32,927 nucleotides of DNA from Craspedostauros australis (lineage: Eukaryota). Below are positions 29,355-32,927 of this stretch, piece by piece. Below the pieces are notes generated by a model. It did not search any database. It was not told the origin of the DNA and saw only the letters and a list, made by a program, of their open reading frames with translations. Position 1 is the stretch's first letter. Every line of letters starts with the position of its first letter. Location of the stretch: contig JALAGF010000675.1 of assembly GCA_030167865.1 (NCBI GenBank), positions 1 to 32,927 on the forward strand, in the 5' to 3' direction. The position numbers and the translations under genes were made by a program.

Positions 29355-31202
29355 TCATCGTTTGCAAACGTACGACACCAGCCACCGACTGAGCTTTCGA
29401 TTCAAGACTTGTTCACGGTAGAGCTCCAGCTCCAACCCGGCATCGCTCGTGGCTTCGTCATCCGGCAGCATCTCCCACAACGTTTCATCGTCCGTCACCG
29501 GAACGAATGCCACCAGCCGTCCACCAACTGCCAGCAATCGTTCCCCATTCTCACGATCGTTCGTTATCGAAGCAAACAGCTCTTCCATGGGACTCTCGTC
29601 GTTGTGCCCCATCGATTCTCGAATTCCGTACGGCGGATCGGCGACGATGCAATCGAACGGCCCGCCATCGTGGGTGGCACCACGTGCTTCACGTCGCACG
29701 TGGGCGTAGGTCGAATCGCCCTCGATCAATGCCTTCGGCGCCGCGAGATTCCGAGCGGCAAAGTCTTCCAGGATGTGTTCACGATTCACGAGCCCATCAT
29801 GCGCAATCTCAATCCCCACCGTTTGGGAAGTGGATGCAATCATGGCCGCTGCGAGCAGGCTGGTGCAGGAACCAGCGTAGGGGTCCAGCACCTTGCTGCC
29901 GTGACATATCTGCGCAAAGTTGCACAAGCAATACGCCGCGATGGGTGTGAGCGGTGTGTTGGTCACGCATATCCGTGTATTCGGGTTGATAACCGAAGTC
30001 TGGTTGGAAGGTAAACCGTACAATGGATGGGCGAGCAGCAGCAGGGACGAACAGTAGCAGGGATGGTGATTATGGATGAGAGAGAGATGTAGATTGGAGC
30101 ATCGCGAATTGTTGTCATACATGATATGGAGTAGCAAGCATCATTATACTGGGATAGAGGCATGTCCATATTCTTGCGAGATCGCATCAAATCGTGGAGC
30201 GCAGTATTTGAGAAACGATCAACCAACCGGCAAGAAGTGAGGTAACCAACAACAAATATCTGCTCCACTCACCTTCGGTCCATCTGCCAATCGCCGCGTG
30301 AGAATCCGCCTGGAATCCTTGAGCCCATCAAAGACGTACACCATGCAATCGGGGTTGCGAAGATCCACACCACCACCAAATTGGATGAATAAATCTGTCA
30401 TGGCCACCAAAGCCTCCTTCTCCTTCTTCAACGACCGCGCACGATGTCCTGACCGCTTATCTTTGCCACGCACCGGTGTCTCGTCGGTAGAATTTCCGTA
30501 CGATCGCACACGGAAGCACCAGGTGTGATGTTGGTGGGTGTTGCCTTTGTACAAATCTTCCATCCCACCATTTTGAATTGCATTCTGTCCCAGTGTCTCA
30601 TACGTCGTCGTTTCTGCGTCACCGTCTGCCACAATCTCGTACAATGCATGCACCAGCGAGCATCGCTGCACTGTGGCAATCAATGTTTCTTTCGTTACTT
30701 GCTGCGTCGGCAGGACGATATACTGCATTGCCTCGTTGTGATTTTCCACGGTGTTGTTGAATACCGCTTCGTCGCCCTGGAAGTCGAGTGCGTCTTCGAA
30801 CTCAATCATCGGTTGCTCCTTCTTCTGCTGCTGTTGCTGCTGTTGTGTCGACGCAAGGATAGCATGCAGCGCCGAGGAGAATTCATCATGACGGAATGGC
30901 TTGGAGTATCCATTCTCACGCTCACCCTTCCAATGTATCATGAACTGATGTTGCACGTTCGAAGTGCGAAAGTCCTCACTTTGCTCCTTCACCCCACCCA
31001 CAATACTGCCATCGTCTGTAGTTGTCGAAGCAGCAGCAGCGACGAAGCCAGATCGCACTTGCGCTCTACCAGTCCCCGCCCATCGTCTTGTGCGAAGTGC
31101 GACTGCGGCAGAAAATAGACCATGGTGCGATGCTGTTTGGAATCCTCGCGCGGCCTGCACGACGAACAAAAGCATGGCCAGCAGACTGGGGGGAACACAC
31201 AT
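29355..31202 (-). CDS. Trm11-like tRNA (guanine-N2) methyltransferase, 2 exons, with N-terminal targeting leader
   Basis: Exons 31202-30273 and 29999-29355; phase-0 intron gtgagt...ccag. SAM motif VLDPYAGSCTSL, amino-MTase motif IVADPPYGIRE, GGRLVAFVP and EQVL..KLSRWL. THUMP-like region (GGVDLRNPD) upstream. Confidence 0.85.
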
Positions 31203-31985
31203 CGCAGCGTTCGTGTTGCACTTCGTATCTGTTGTGAGTGGAATTGTACGATAGGCGGATGACTATGATCCATGCGTCTGAGTACATGTGCGTGCGGGCT
31301 ACGAGTGACAAGGTCGGTCGATGGAATGATTGATTGGTTGATCGATTGGTGGTTGGTGGTTGGCCGATCCACACATCGCCAACACAAACGACAAGAACAA
31401 CTCCGCTTCTGCACGTTGATGGTTTCCTCAGATGGTGGCGCGAAACAGGACTCACAAGTGAAGACGCCACGTGACTCACCAACAAAAAGCGATCGAATGG
31501 GTCTCACAACATAGTAGTATGCAGAACGGAACAAGAACTGAGAATGTGGAAGACTCACAACTTCAATGTGATTCTTGAGGACACGCTACATTCTAGATCA
31601 GCGCTCAGTCGTTTGGTTTTCGCTCCATTTTCGAAAAATGGTGTTCCAACAGGTCCAGTCCACCATTCTAAAACACACATGTGTGTTAAATAGACGTTAT
31701 GGATGTAGCACGATTGAAATCACAAAGTTCTGCGATCTTTTGAGGCAGAGGAAAGATGATCCGAAGTGGTGGGAGCGTGGACAACGCCACAAGAGCGCGA
31801 GAGGGCAGAACGATCGGGTGTCGCGTCGCGATGTCGATGCTGCCAACTCTTCCATTGGTGCCCGCTTGTAATCGTATGCACCATACGACCGACTATACCA
31901 ATACTGCTGTTCAGCGAGGCAAAGAGCAAAGCTCGATTCGAACGAGTTGCGGCAACTGCAGAAGGCACCACCACAAAGAAGCAGC

Positions 31986-32927
31986 ATGGCGATGGCGTCT
32001 CCAGCCGCCGTATGGCAGTCCATGACGAAGTCCGCACCAAGATCGTATGCGACTTGCCTTTCCGCGTGGTTGTGCAAGTCTGCGCATGAATCCAACGAGG
32101 CATTCCAGAAACCGTGTCGTGCGATGGGAACCTTCGAATCTGCCTCTGGATCTCTGCTGCGTGGATCTTACTCATGTTGCCATCACCTCCCTCGCCAGGA
32201 GAAGATATGCCGCAATCCCCTGCATCGACATCGATATCGACATTCGCAAGTCCAGTATCATCAACAACAGCAACGTCTTCTTCACTGTCGACATGGCCCG
32301 ATTCGCTGCAGCTCCGCAGATAGGTCGACTCCGGTAGTGCGCAGAACGCCATCCATGTGGGCAAAAGGTGTCGGAACTCCCCGTACTTGTTCACAGTCGC
32401 ACCGCCATAGCCATTCGATTGCGACAGGTGGTGGCATCTTGCAGAGAAGGACATTTCCAAGCGAGAATCCACACGATGCCAACGCTCCTGAGGCGGACAC
32501 GGCAGTTTGCATTCACACGAATCCACGATCAGCATCGGGATCGACAACGACATCGTCACGATCGCAGACGGCGAAAGAAAGAGCGCAGGGCGCAGATGAC
32601 TCGGCACAAGAATCCGTGCAGATAACTACACCACGCGAGTACGATTCAGATCTCGTCGTCGTCCTGGATTTGGATGAATGTCTGGTCCACACGCAATTCG
32701 ATCAGCTTGCTGACGATGGCGTGGCCTGGCAGACTCGACAGGACCGACAGCAACAGCAACAGCTCGAGTCTGCTCGCATCAATTCATTCCCCATCCATAT
32801 ATCTGGTCATGGCTCGGCTATCGTACAGGAACGCCCATTCGTGAGGGACTTTCTCCAGGCTGTATCACGGCGGTACGAAACTCACATCTTCACGGCTGGA
32901 ATCGGCGTGTACGCCAAGCAAGTTCTC
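31986..32927 (+). CDS. FCP/SCP (NIF, HAD-family) CTD-type phosphatase; 3' end runs off the window
   Basis: Manual translation: the frame is open from the stop at 31869-31871 to the window end, first ATG at 31986 (start uncertain). It encodes DLVVVLDLDECLVH...ERPFVRDFLQAVSRRYETHIFTAGIGVYAKQVL. Missed by the ORF track because no stop lies in the window. Confidence 0.88.
   Translation, partial: MAMASPAAVWQSMTKSAPRSYATCLSAWLCKSAHESNEAFQKPCRAMGTFESASGSLLRGSYSCCHHLPRQEKICRNPLHRHRYRHSQVQYHQQQQRLLHCRHGPIRCSSADRSTPVVRRTPSMWAKGVGTPRTCSQSHRHSHSIATGGGILQRRTFPSENPHDANAPEADTAVCIHTNPRSASGSTTTSSRSQTAKERAQGADDSAQESVQITTPREYDSDLVVVLDLDECLVHTQFDQLADDGVAWQTRQDRQQQQQLESARINSFPIHISGHGSAIVQERPFVRDFLQAVSRRYETHIFTAGIGVYAKQVL

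Noticed and set aside
31720-32607. 295-aa minus-strand ORF
   Set aside because: Overlaps the plus-strand NIF phosphatase frame, which carries the conserved motifs.
1-32927. CRISPR array, transposon, rRNA/tRNA or prokaryotic operon-type system
   Set aside because: No regularly spaced direct repeats, terminal repeats, transposase/RT motifs or structural RNA signatures seen; the window is intron-containing eukaryotic DNA.

Overview
Gene-dense eukaryotic nuclear DNA, most likely from a diatom or related stramenopile. The basis is GT-AG introns of 220-490 nt, short intergenic spacers, bipartite plastid-targeting-like leaders and RXL motifs in secreted proteins. I can support 14 protein-coding genes, two of them cut by the window edges and missed by the ORF track. 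In order: a secreted Cys/acidic/PT-rich protein, a ZIFL-like MFS transporter, an 8-repeat beta-propeller fused to a StrG/PhyH-like Fe(II)/2OG dioxygenase, TXNDC9/PhLP3, a possible vezatin-like membrane protein, an MPP6-like protein, a cathepsin L-like protease, an MFSD1-like transporter, a secreted PT-mucin with a YfaP/DUF2135-like C-terminus, RPL4, an RsuA-family pseudouridine synthase, the PP2A catalytic subunit, a Trm11-like methyltransferase and an FCP/SCP (NIF) phosphatase. I found no rRNA, tRNA, CRISPR array or recognisable transposon. The best leads are the propeller-dioxygenase fusion head-to-head with a ZIFL transporter, the cathepsin/MFSD1 pair (MFSD1 has a Cys-rich loop insertion), an apparently plastid-targeted Trm11 paralogue, and two RXL-containing secreted PT-rich proteins. 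Family assignments come from motif recognition by eye; no database searches were run.
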